Part shown: piece by piece, positions 52,188 to 59,061 of the stretch | Layout of the letters: every line of letters starts with the position of its first letter | Position numbering within the stretch: the stretch's first letter is position 1 | Assembly (NCBI GenBank): GCA_046339595.1 | Contig: JBKDUF010000046.1 | Span: 1,717-65,716 of the forward strand | Source of the DNA: Betaproteobacteria bacterium | Lineage (GTDB): Bacteria; Pseudomonadota; Gammaproteobacteria; Burkholderiales; SG8-41 | Length of the DNA: 64,000 bases | Direction: 5' to 3' | Notes under the pieces: generated by a model | Told to the model about the DNA's origin: nothing | Database searches by the model: none | The model's input: the letters and a program-made list of their open reading frames with translations, nothing else | Translations under genes and position numbers: made by a program

Positions 52188-52997
52188 TCAGCGGCCGCTG
52201 CTCTCCGGCCAGGCGCTGGCGTCAATGGCCTCGCGATAGGCATGCCAGGTGGCATGGCCGAGCAGCGGTACCGTCAGCGCCAGGCCGAGCAGCGCGGTGG
52301 CGAAGCCGATGCCGGTCAGGAACACGATCAGCAGCGCCCACAGCGCCATCGCACGCTTGTTGCGCAGCACCGCATTGACGCTGGTGACGATGGCAGTGAC
52401 CGCATCAACCTCGCGGTCACAGATCATCGGCAGCGAGAACGCACTGAACATGAAGGTCAGCAGCGCGAAGATCGAGCCCACCGCCGAGCCAATGGCCAGA
52501 AACACCGCAAGCTGGTTGAGATCAGTACCGCCATCCGCCGGGAAGAACACATGCACCATTGAGCCTGCTCGCGCCCATACCAGAAACAGGACCAGCAGCG
52601 CCAGCGCGAACACCATCGCGTTGCCGAGGGCACGGCGCTGCTCTGCGAAGCAGCGCGACAGGCGGGCCCGCTCTCCGGCCTCAAGCTGGCGGCTGATGGA
52701 ATACAGGCCCAGCGCCAGCAACGGCGCGACAAACACGAAACCCGACATCAGCACCAGCACCGCCCAGTAGCTGCCCAGGCGCAGGCCGATGCCAGTCACC
52801 CCCCAGGACAGCACCACGATCGCCAGGCCGCAGGCCAGGCTCTGCCGCGGCGCGCGTTTGAGGTCGGACCAGCCCTGGCGCAGCCAGCCCAGCGCGGCGA
52901 GTGGCGGCAAAGCCCGACAGGGCGCGACAAACGGCAGTTCGCCCGCAGGCTGTGCGTCCTGACCAACGGGATCAGGGAACAAGTCTGGCTTTTCCAT
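52188..52997 (-). CDS. DUF2189-like integral membrane protein
   Basis: 269 aa. N-terminal ...LAALGWLRQGWSDLKRAPRQSLACGL followed by about five hydrophobic helices. Family name recalled from memory. Confidence 0.7.
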   Translation of the reverse strand: MEKPDLFPDPVGQDAQPAGELPFVAPCRALPPLAALGWLRQGWSDLKRAPRQSLACGLAIVVLSWGVTGIGLRLGSYWAVLVLMSGFVFVAPLLALGLYSISRQLEAGERARLSRCFAEQRRALGNAMVFALALLVLFLVWARAGSMVHVFFPADGGTDLNQLAVFLAIGSAVGSIFALLTFMFSAFSLPMICDREVDAVTAIVTSVNAVLRNKRAMALWALLIVFLTGIGFATALLGLALTVPLLGHATWHAYREAIDASAWPESSGR

Positions 52998-53124
52998 GGC
53001 GCGTCAGACCGCAACCGCACACATATGCAGCGGTGCGATGCCCTGAAAATGATTCCGGACAAACCGCACGCCGGAGGAGAGGGAAGACACTGACCAGCGC
53101 GGATGCTGCGACTGCAAATGGCAT
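52972..53124 (-). CDS. possible 50-codon small ORF (hydrophobic N-terminus, three Cys), not in ORF track
   Basis: AGGGAGGAAGCC-ATG at 53124. It encodes MPFAVAASALVSVFPLLRRAVCPESFSGHRTAAYVCGCGLTRHGKARLVP*. It overlaps the DUF2189 start, which has no SD, by 26 nt. No homology evidence. Confidence 0.25.
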   Translation of the reverse strand: MPFAVAASALVSVFPLLRRAVCPESFSGHRTAAYVCGCGLTRHGKARLVP

Positions 53125-53194
53125 GGCTTCCTCCCTGAGAAGCACTGCTCACAGCGGGCCGACGGACCAAAGCCCGCCGGCCGGGTGTAAAAAT

Positions 53195-53728
53195 CTACTG
53201 ATGGCCTTTCAACAACAGGTCCACCACCTGGGGCGCGATCTCCGCCGCGCGCTGGTCCATCTGTTCCGGCGTCAGGTTGGCGATCGGGTGCGGCATGACC
53301 AGGAACTTCAGGTCCGGCACGCCCCAGGTCTTCGCCATCGCCTTGCCCGTCACCGTGAACACGTGGGTGACGATGGACGCCGAAGGAATCCCCTGCTGCT
53401 CAAATACGATGCTGTCGAGCACACTGCCCGAGCTGCATGACCCTCAATCGCCGACGCCTGCAACGATGATGTCGCAGTTCTGCTTGTACTCGGCAATCAT
53501 CTCCGGGCCGGGGGCCGAACCGGCGCTTTTCTTTTTGCGGATCACATGCGACTTCGCACCGTGTTCCTTCTCGAGGATCGCTGCGATGCGCATCAGCAGC
53601 TGGTCGGAGTTGTGCTTGGTGTTGTCGACCAGACCGATGCGCAGGCCCTGGAGCGACTTCGGCCGCGGCACGAAGTTGATCTTGCGACTGCTGGTTTCGG
53701 TGGTGGGATCGTAGATCTGGATGCTCAT
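53195..53728 (-). CDS. UGSC-motif selenoprotein (in-frame UGA at 53444..53446 read as Sec), function unknown
   Basis: ORFs 53444..53728 and 53195..53422 share one frame and are separated only by TGA plus 7 sense codons. Product: ...IIVAGVGD-U-GSCSSGSVLDSIVFEQQ... SD TAGGAGA precedes ATG 53728. The downstream part has no ATG or SD of its own. Confidence 0.75.
53409..53438 (-). promoter_or_regulatory. candidate bacterial SECIS hairpin for the UGSC gene
   Basis: mRNA +6..+35 after the UGA. Lower stem AUGC/GCAU, 3x2 internal loop, upper stem UCGGGC/GCUCGA (one G-U pair), apical loop AGUGU. Folded by hand only. Confidence 0.45.
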
Positions 53729-53782
53729 GGCGATCTCCTAAATAAAAATCAATTAAAACAATGGGTTGAATACACCCACATT

Positions 53783-54820
53783 TCAAGGACACCGGATTTC
53801 CCGGGTAACACTCTGCGAACCGTTCTTGCCGCCCCAGCCGGGGATGTAACAGGACTGCACGCCGGCCTTGCCGCCGGCGGCGATGACCAGCAAATCCTGC
53901 GGCGTGTGCACCAGCGGCTGCATCGTGGCTTCGGATTCGGCGGTGACCGGGCCGGGGCGTATGTTGGCGCGCTGCATCTCGGCCTGCGACAACTGGCTGT
54001 GCTCGAACACATAACGCTGCACATCCTCGCGCGACCAGCCCGCCTTCTGCATGATCAGCTGGTGCTCGCCGGCGAACACCATCGCGTACTGCGGCTGGCG
54101 GTTGGTGCCGGCCGAGAAGCGCATCTGCGCACAGGCCGTGGTCAGCACGCCTTCGGGCGTCGCACTGAGGCCGTTCGAATACTGATGCACGCCAAGGGCT
54201 GCGAAAATCGTCACCGCGTTATGCTCCGGCTTGAAGCCGCGCGTGGTGTGGAAAGGCGGCCACGGGCTGTCCACCTCGTTCTCGGCGATGCAGAAGGTGT
54301 ATTTGCCGGGGTGGCCGAGGCTGGAGCGGTCGAGCACCCCGGGCGTGGTGCCGATCACGTTCTGCATCACGAGGCGGATGGCGCGGCCGATGGTGGCATT
54401 GGCGCGCCAGCCCTGGCCGAACACGTTATCGCCGCTGTTGATGTTGAGCTGTTTCGCGATCGGGCCGTTGACCAGCATGAACACCGCCGAGCCGCCGGTG
54501 CTGGTTGCCGGGCCGTGGTAGCCGTAGAGCGGATCGGCCAGCGCCTCGACGGTGGCGGTGATCACGGGCATGAACTCCGGCTTGCAGCCAGCCATCACCG
54601 CGTTGATCGCGACCTTCTCGGCGGTCACCGAGACCTGGCGGTTTTCGATGAACGAAAGTTGTTTACCCGGTTCGAGGCCGCCGGCTTCAAGCATCGCGGC
54701 GATCCGCGACGCGGTCGGCGGAATCACCGGCAGGCCGTCGGTCCAGCCATTCGCATAGCAGAGCTCGATGGCGCTGCCTTCGTCGTCGGCCGTCAGCCGG
54801 CGGGACTTCAGTTCGATCAT
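53783..54820 (-). CDS. uncharacterised 345-aa protein immediately upstream of the UGSC selenoprotein gene
   Basis: ORF trimmed to ATG 54820 (SD GGAGGAG). MIELKSRRLTADDEGSAIELCYANGWTDGLPVIPPT... I recognise no named domain. Soluble-looking. Only 54 bp separate it from the UGSC gene. Confidence 0.75.
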   Translation of the reverse strand: MIELKSRRLTADDEGSAIELCYANGWTDGLPVIPPTASRIAAMLEAGGLEPGKQLSFIENRQVSVTAEKVAINAVMAGCKPEFMPVITATVEALADPLYGYHGPATSTGGSAVFMLVNGPIAKQLNINSGDNVFGQGWRANATIGRAIRLVMQNVIGTTPGVLDRSSLGHPGKYTFCIAENEVDSPWPPFHTTRGFKPEHNAVTIFAALGVHQYSNGLSATPEGVLTTACAQMRFSAGTNRQPQYAMVFAGEHQLIMQKAGWSREDVQRYVFEHSQLSQAEMQRANIRPGPVTAESEATMQPLVHTPQDLLVIAAGGKAGVQSCYIPGWGGKNGSQSVTREIRCP

Positions 54821-54963
54821 GCCGCTCCTCCGCTGCGCTTGCTCCGGACGGGCAAGTCTGCAGATCAGTCTACCGCAGTTCACCGGGAACGCCTGGCGCC
54901 GCATCCACATCATGGGCCGGGGACTCTGCTAAGGTGGCAACCTCGTCACCATCCATGCCTGCC

Positions 54964-55293
54964 ATGACCGAACTCGTCCTGCTCGCCACCGTTGTTGCCC
55001 TCGCCTGGCTGTGGTGGGACAGCATGCAGGCGCGCGAAGCCGCGGTCACGGCGGCGCGCGCCGCCTGCGAAGCGGAGGGTCTGCAGTTCCTTGACGACAC
55101 GGTCGGCATCGCCTCGCTGCGCCCGGCGCGCAACGCCGGGGGCCGTCTGCTTCTGCAGCGTGCCTACGATTTCGAGTTCAGCGACACCGGCGACAACCGC
55201 ATCCGCGGCAGCGTGGTCACGTTAGGCCGGCGGGTGATCCTGCTGCGCGTACTGCCGCCGCAGCCGGTGGCAACCGTCACCCGCATCCGCTGA
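54964..55293 (+). CDS. DUF3301-family small membrane-anchored protein
   Basis: MTELVLLATVVALAWLWWDSMQAREAAVTAARAACEAEGLQFLDDTV...YDFEFSDTGDNR matches my recollection of the DUF3301 pattern. The ORF could also start at 54934. Confidence 0.7.
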   Translation: MTELVLLATVVALAWLWWDSMQAREAAVTAARAACEAEGLQFLDDTVGIASLRPARNAGGRLLLQRAYDFEFSDTGDNRIRGSVVTLGRRVILLRVLPPQPVATVTRIR

Positions 55294-55302
55294 TCACGCC
55301 GG

Positions 55303-56085
55303 CTATTGCGCGGTCCAGCCGCCGTCGATGGCCTGCAGGCTGCCGGTGATGGAGGCGGCTTCGTCACCGGCCAGAAAAACAGCCAGCGCCGCCACCTGCT
55401 CCACGGTGACAAACTGCTTCGTCGGCTGTGCCGCGAGCAGTACGTCGCGCACCACCGCCTCCTCGCTGATGCCGCGTGCCCTTGCGGTGTCCGGAATCTG
55501 TTTCTGCACCAGCGGCGTCAATACATAACCCGGGCAGATCGCATTGCAGGTGATGCCGAAGGCGGCAGTTTCCAGCGCCACCGTTTTGGTCAGTCCCGCG
55601 ACACCGTGCTTGGCCGCGACATAGGCCGACTTGAACGGGGAAGCCACCAGCGCATGCGCCGAGGCCATGTTGATGATGCGCCCCCAGCCGCGGCGCTTCA
55701 TGCCGGGCACGGCATGGCGGATGGTGTGGAACAGCGCCACCAGGTTGAGTTCGATGATGTCGCACCATTTGTCCGGCGGAAAATCCTCGACCGGCGACAC
55801 GAACTGGATGCCGGCATTGTTGACCAGGATATCCACTGCACCGAAGCAGGCTTCTGCCTGTGCCATCAGATCGGCAATCTCGTCCGGCCTGCGCAGGTCG
55901 GCGCCGTGGTATTCGGCGCGAACGCCATGCTCGGCGGCGATGCGCCGGCGCAGGGCCTCGACCTGCGCCGTCTCGCCAAAGCCGTTGAGCATGACATTGA
56001 CGCCCCTTCCGGCGAACGCCTCGGCGATGCCGAGGCCGATGCCGCTGGTGGAACCGGTGATTACCGCGTTTCTGTCCTTGAGCAT
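55303..56085 (-). CDS. bdhA: 3-hydroxybutyrate dehydrogenase (SDR)
   Basis: ATG 56085 (SD GGAGGTG). AVITGSTSGIGLGIA, NNAGIQ, the YVAAKHG catalytic pair and C-terminal ...IDGGWTAQ. Confidence 0.88.
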   Translation of the reverse strand: MLKDRNAVITGSTSGIGLGIAEAFAGRGVNVMLNGFGETAQVEALRRRIAAEHGVRAEYHGADLRRPDEIADLMAQAEACFGAVDILVNNAGIQFVSPVEDFPPDKWCDIIELNLVALFHTIRHAVPGMKRRGWGRIINMASAHALVASPFKSAYVAAKHGVAGLTKTVALETAAFGITCNAICPGYVLTPLVQKQIPDTARARGISEEAVVRDVLLAAQPTKQFVTVEQVAALAVFLAGDEAASITGSLQAIDGGWTAQ

Positions 56086-56130
56086 GACCACCTCCGTTGC
56101 TGGCACATCATGCACCCGAATGCCGCCATG

Positions 56131-56161
56131 AAAAAGGCCGGCGGTGGCAGCCGCCGGCCTT
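56131..56161 (-). terminator. rho-independent terminator after the selenoperoxiredoxin gene
   Basis: Minus-strand AAGGCCGGCGG-CTGCCA-CCGCCGGCCTT followed by TTTTC. Confidence 0.75.
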
Positions 56162-56180
56162 GCCGCCCCGATGCGCCGGG

Positions 56181-56642
56181 TCAGAGCTTGCGGATTTCCG
56201 CCAGCAGCTCATCACTGGCAGGGATCGTGCCCTGCGGGTAGACCTTGGCGTAGCGGATGACGCCCCCCGCATCGATGACGTAGGCGGCGCGCTTGTCGAT
56301 ACCGCGTTCCTCGTTGAAGATGCCAAAGGCCCTGCCCACCGCGCCATGCGGCCAGAAATCCGACAGCAGCGGGAACGGCACCCCGCCGAGGACATCGGCC
56401 CAGCCCTTCAGGCTCGGCGTCGGGTCTATGCTCAACTGCAGGATCTCGGTGTTGAGCGCCTTGAATTTGTCGTAGTTCTCACGGAACCCACGGACTTGAT
56501 TGGTTCACCCGCCGGTAAATGCAAAAGGCATGAACGCGACCACGACCGGCCGGCCGCGGAACGCGGACAGCGTGACCTTCTGGTCGGAATTGTGCGCGGC
56601 CAGCGAAAAATCGGGCGCGGCGCTGCCAGCTTGAATTTCCAT
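56181..56642 (-). CDS. AhpE-like 1-Cys-type peroxiredoxin with selenocysteine at the peroxidatic position (UGA 56505..56507)
   Basis: ATG 56642 (SD GGGAGAA) gives MEIQAGSAAPDFSL...VVVAFMPFAFTGG-U-TNQVRGFRENYDKFKALNTEILQLSIDPTPSLKGW...FPLLSDFWPHGAVGRAFGIFNE... The UGA falls exactly in the PxxxTxxC signature. The two track ORFs (the tail of 56505..57320, and 56181..56435) are in one frame. Confidence 0.8.
56469..56495 (-). promoter_or_regulatory. candidate bacterial SECIS hairpin for the peroxiredoxin gene
   Basis: mRNA +10..+36 after the UGA: GU(C)CGU(G)GGUUC-CGUGA-GAACUACGAC. Ten pairs with two single-nucleotide bulges and a 5-nt loop. Folded by hand only. Confidence 0.5.
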
Positions 56643-56722
56643 GCAAGTTCTCCCGGGATTGAGTGGGTGCTGCGGACTGCCTGCGCAGAATACCGGCACG
56701 GCGGCGCCGAGGCAACGCGGAT

Positions 56723-57565
56723 TCAGCGGCGGCGCTCGTGGCGGATCATGTAGAGGCTGCTCGCCACCACCACCGTAGCCCCCGCCCACAGCCAGACGTC
56801 GGGTACCTCGCCCCAGATCAGGAAGCCGAACAGCGCCGCCCACAGCAGCGCGGTGTAGCGGATCGGCGCCAGCAGCGAGGCTTCCCCGCTGCGCAGCGCC
56901 TCGATCATGCAGAAATGCGCGGTACCGTTGAACACCCCTGCGGCGACGATCCACATCGCGGCCTGGGCATCCACCGGCTTCCAGCCCAGCGGCAGCGTGG
57001 TAAAGCCGCCGGCCATCAGGATGATGTTCGACCAGAACAGGATGGACATCGAGCTTTCGCTGCGTGACATGCGCCGGGTCAGCACGTCGCGCAGCGCGTT
57101 GACCGCAGCGGCGGCCAGCGGAATCAGCAGCGCCCACTGGAAATCCATGCCACCCGGGCGCAGGATGATCAGCACCCCGGCAAAGCCGCCGAGCACGGCC
57201 ACCCAGCGGTGGTGACCGATGCGCTCCTTGAGCATCGGCATCGACAGCAGCACCATGAACACCGGGCTCAGGAACAGCATGGTGATCGCGGTGGCGAGCG
57301 GCAATTCGGCAAGGCTCCACACGATCAGGGCCGAACCGACGATGAACAGCAACCCGCGCGCGAGCTGGCCCTGTACATCGACCATGCGCAGCTGCGACCA
57401 GTGGCTGAACAGCATCACATAGGGCAGCAGCACCATCAGAGTGGCTGTCTGGCGCAGGCCGATCACCTGGCCTACCGGATAGGTCTGCACCAGGTGCTTG
57501 GTGGCGGCATCGTTGGCGGTGATGAGCAGGATGCCCAGCACCATCAGCAGCAGGCTGCGCAGCAT
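56723..57565 (-). CDS. EamA/DMT-family transporter
   Basis: 280 aa, about 10 TM helices with two EamA-like halves. The start overlaps the upstream stop (TGATG). Confidence 0.8.
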   Translation of the reverse strand: MLRSLLLMVLGILLITANDAATKHLVQTYPVGQVIGLRQTATLMVLLPYVMLFSHWSQLRMVDVQGQLARGLLFIVGSALIVWSLAELPLATAITMLFLSPVFMVLLSMPMLKERIGHHRWVAVLGGFAGVLIILRPGGMDFQWALLIPLAAAAVNALRDVLTRRMSRSESSMSILFWSNIILMAGGFTTLPLGWKPVDAQAAMWIVAAGVFNGTAHFCMIEALRSGEASLLAPIRYTALLWAALFGFLIWGEVPDVWLWAGATVVVASSLYMIRHERRR

Positions 57566-58725
57566 CAGGCCGCCTTCCGCGCGCGGGGTTCGCTCAGCAG
57601 CAGCGCGGTCAACGCGAGCAATACCGCACCGAGGATCAGCACCGCATCAAAGCCGTAGCCGGCATCAAAGAGGCCGCCGGCGGCGAGCGGACCAATGATC
57701 TGGCCGAGCGCGAACGCTGCAGTCATCGCCGCCACCAGCCGAGTCGCGTCGCCGCGGGCAGTTTCGCGCGCAACCTGCAGGCTTGCCAGCGTGGTCACCA
57801 CAAAAGTGCCGCCGACCAGCAGCGCGGACAGGATGATCGCGGCGAGGCCGCCAAACAGCGCCGGCAGCGCAACACCCGCCGCCATCATCAAATGGCTGAG
57901 CATCCACACCCGGCGATGGCCGAGACGCTGCGCAAGTGCCGCAGCCACCAGGGTCGAGACCAGCGCAGCCGCGCCGAATACCGGCCACGACCAGCCGAAC
58001 AGCGCGGCATCCGGAACCACGGCCTTCGCCATCACCGGCAGGAAGGTCGCGGGAATGATGTAGCCGAAACCCGAGATGCCGTAGCACAACACCAGCAGCG
58101 CGGCGCCGCCGCCGACATGACTGCGGGTATCGGGCGCAGCCACAGCAGCGGGCAATCGTACGCGCCCCAGCACCGGCAGCACAAACAGCGCCAACAGCAG
58201 CGCGAACAGGCCGGCAATGCACCAGGCCCAGGCCGAACCGCTGCCCGACTGCATCAGCACCAGACACAGCAGCCCGGTGGCGGCGATGCCGCCGCCAACG
58301 CCGGCATAGACCAGGCCGGTGAGGCGGGTGCGCCCGGCCGCGGCGAGCGCAGTGATGCAGCGCGTGGATACCGCAATGAACATCAGGGCACTGGCCACGC
58401 CGGCGGCAAAACGCAGCAGCATCCATGCCCATGGCTGGTCGGTGAGTCCCATGGCGAAGGTGCTCAGCGCCACCGCCAGCATCGAGACCGCCAGCGCAGC
58501 ACGGCCGCGCAGCGGCCACAACGTGACCGCCAGCGCGCCGAGCAGGTAGCCGATGTAGTTGGCCGAGGCCAGCCAGCCGCCAAGGCCGACGCTGACCGCG
58601 TAATCGTCCTGCATCATCGGCAGGATCGGAGTGAAAGCGAAGCGGCCGATGCCCATCGCCACCGCAAGCGCGGCGAGACCGGCGATTGCGATGCGAAGCG
58701 GGGAGAGTTGCGGCGAATGCGGCAT
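57565..58725 (-). CDS. YbfB/YjiJ-type MFS transporter
   Basis: ORF trimmed to ATG 58725. MPHSPQLSPLRIAIAGLAALAVAMGIGRFAFTPILPMMQDD is typical of the YbfB/YjiJ family N-terminus. Confidence 0.8.
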   Translation of the reverse strand: MPHSPQLSPLRIAIAGLAALAVAMGIGRFAFTPILPMMQDDYAVSVGLGGWLASANYIGYLLGALAVTLWPLRGRAALAVSMLAVALSTFAMGLTDQPWAWMLLRFAAGVASALMFIAVSTRCITALAAAGRTRLTGLVYAGVGGGIAATGLLCLVLMQSGSGSAWAWCIAGLFALLLALFVLPVLGRVRLPAAVAAPDTRSHVGGGAALLVLCYGISGFGYIIPATFLPVMAKAVVPDAALFGWSWPVFGAAALVSTLVAAALAQRLGHRRVWMLSHLMMAAGVALPALFGGLAAIILSALLVGGTFVVTTLASLQVARETARGDATRLVAAMTAAFALGQIIGPLAAGGLFDAGYGFDAVLILGAVLLALTALLLSEPRARKAA

Positions 58726-58774
58726 GGGCCGCCCACTATAACCGATCACCAGCCAAATCGAGAAATTTTTCCAA

Positions 58775-58792
58775 TATAAACAATGGTTTATA
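58775..58792. promoter_or_regulatory. 18-bp palindrome TATAAAC-AATG-GTTTATA overlapping a perfect TATAAT (58789-58794) in a divergent promoter region
   Basis: Seen directly in the sequence. It lies between the MFS gene (minus strand) and the DUF1653-ylqF genes (plus strand). The operator/promoter role is inferred. Confidence 0.35.
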
Positions 58793-58835
58793 ATATGACC
58801 ATTATCCCGCACAAGCCATCCGAAACACCCCACCC

Positions 58836-59057
58836 ATGTCCTCCCCGCCCGACATTCCGCCCGGCCGCTACCGCCACTACAAGGGCCGGGAATACGAAGT
58901 GATCGGCATGGCCAGCCATTCCGAGACGCTGGAACCGATGGTGGTCTATCGCAAGCTCTATGATGACGGCGGCCTGTGGGTGCGCCCCGCCCCGATGTTC
59001 ACTGAAACCGTGATCATCGACGGCAGGCCGCAACCGCGTTTCAGCCGGCTGGCCTGA
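58836..59057 (+). CDS. DUF1653-domain protein
   Basis: 73 aa. GRYRHYKGREYEVIGMASHSETLEPMVVYRKLY is a typical DUF1653 core. Confidence 0.8.
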   Translation: MSSPPDIPPGRYRHYKGREYEVIGMASHSETLEPMVVYRKLYDDGGLWVRPAPMFTETVIIDGRPQPRFSRLA

Positions 59058-59061
59058 AGCC

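Noticed and set aside
53195-53728. Interpreting 53444..53728 and 53195..53422 (and likewise the two peroxiredoxin pieces) as separate small genes or as a nonsense-mutated pseudogene.
   Set aside because: The two pieces share a frame. The downstream pieces have no ATG or SD. The stop is specifically TGA at a UxxC / PxxxTxxC redox position. A hairpin lies at SECIS distance. Two independent cases sit 3 kb apart. A pseudogene cannot be fully excluded without knowing whether the genome has selABCD.
56505-57320. 271-aa ORF overlapping the EamA transporter gene region.
   Set aside because: Only its last 45 codons (from ATG 56642) look like real protein, namely the peroxiredoxin N-terminus. The upstream 226 codons overlap the EamA gene in another frame and are Arg/Gly/Ala-rich nonsense.
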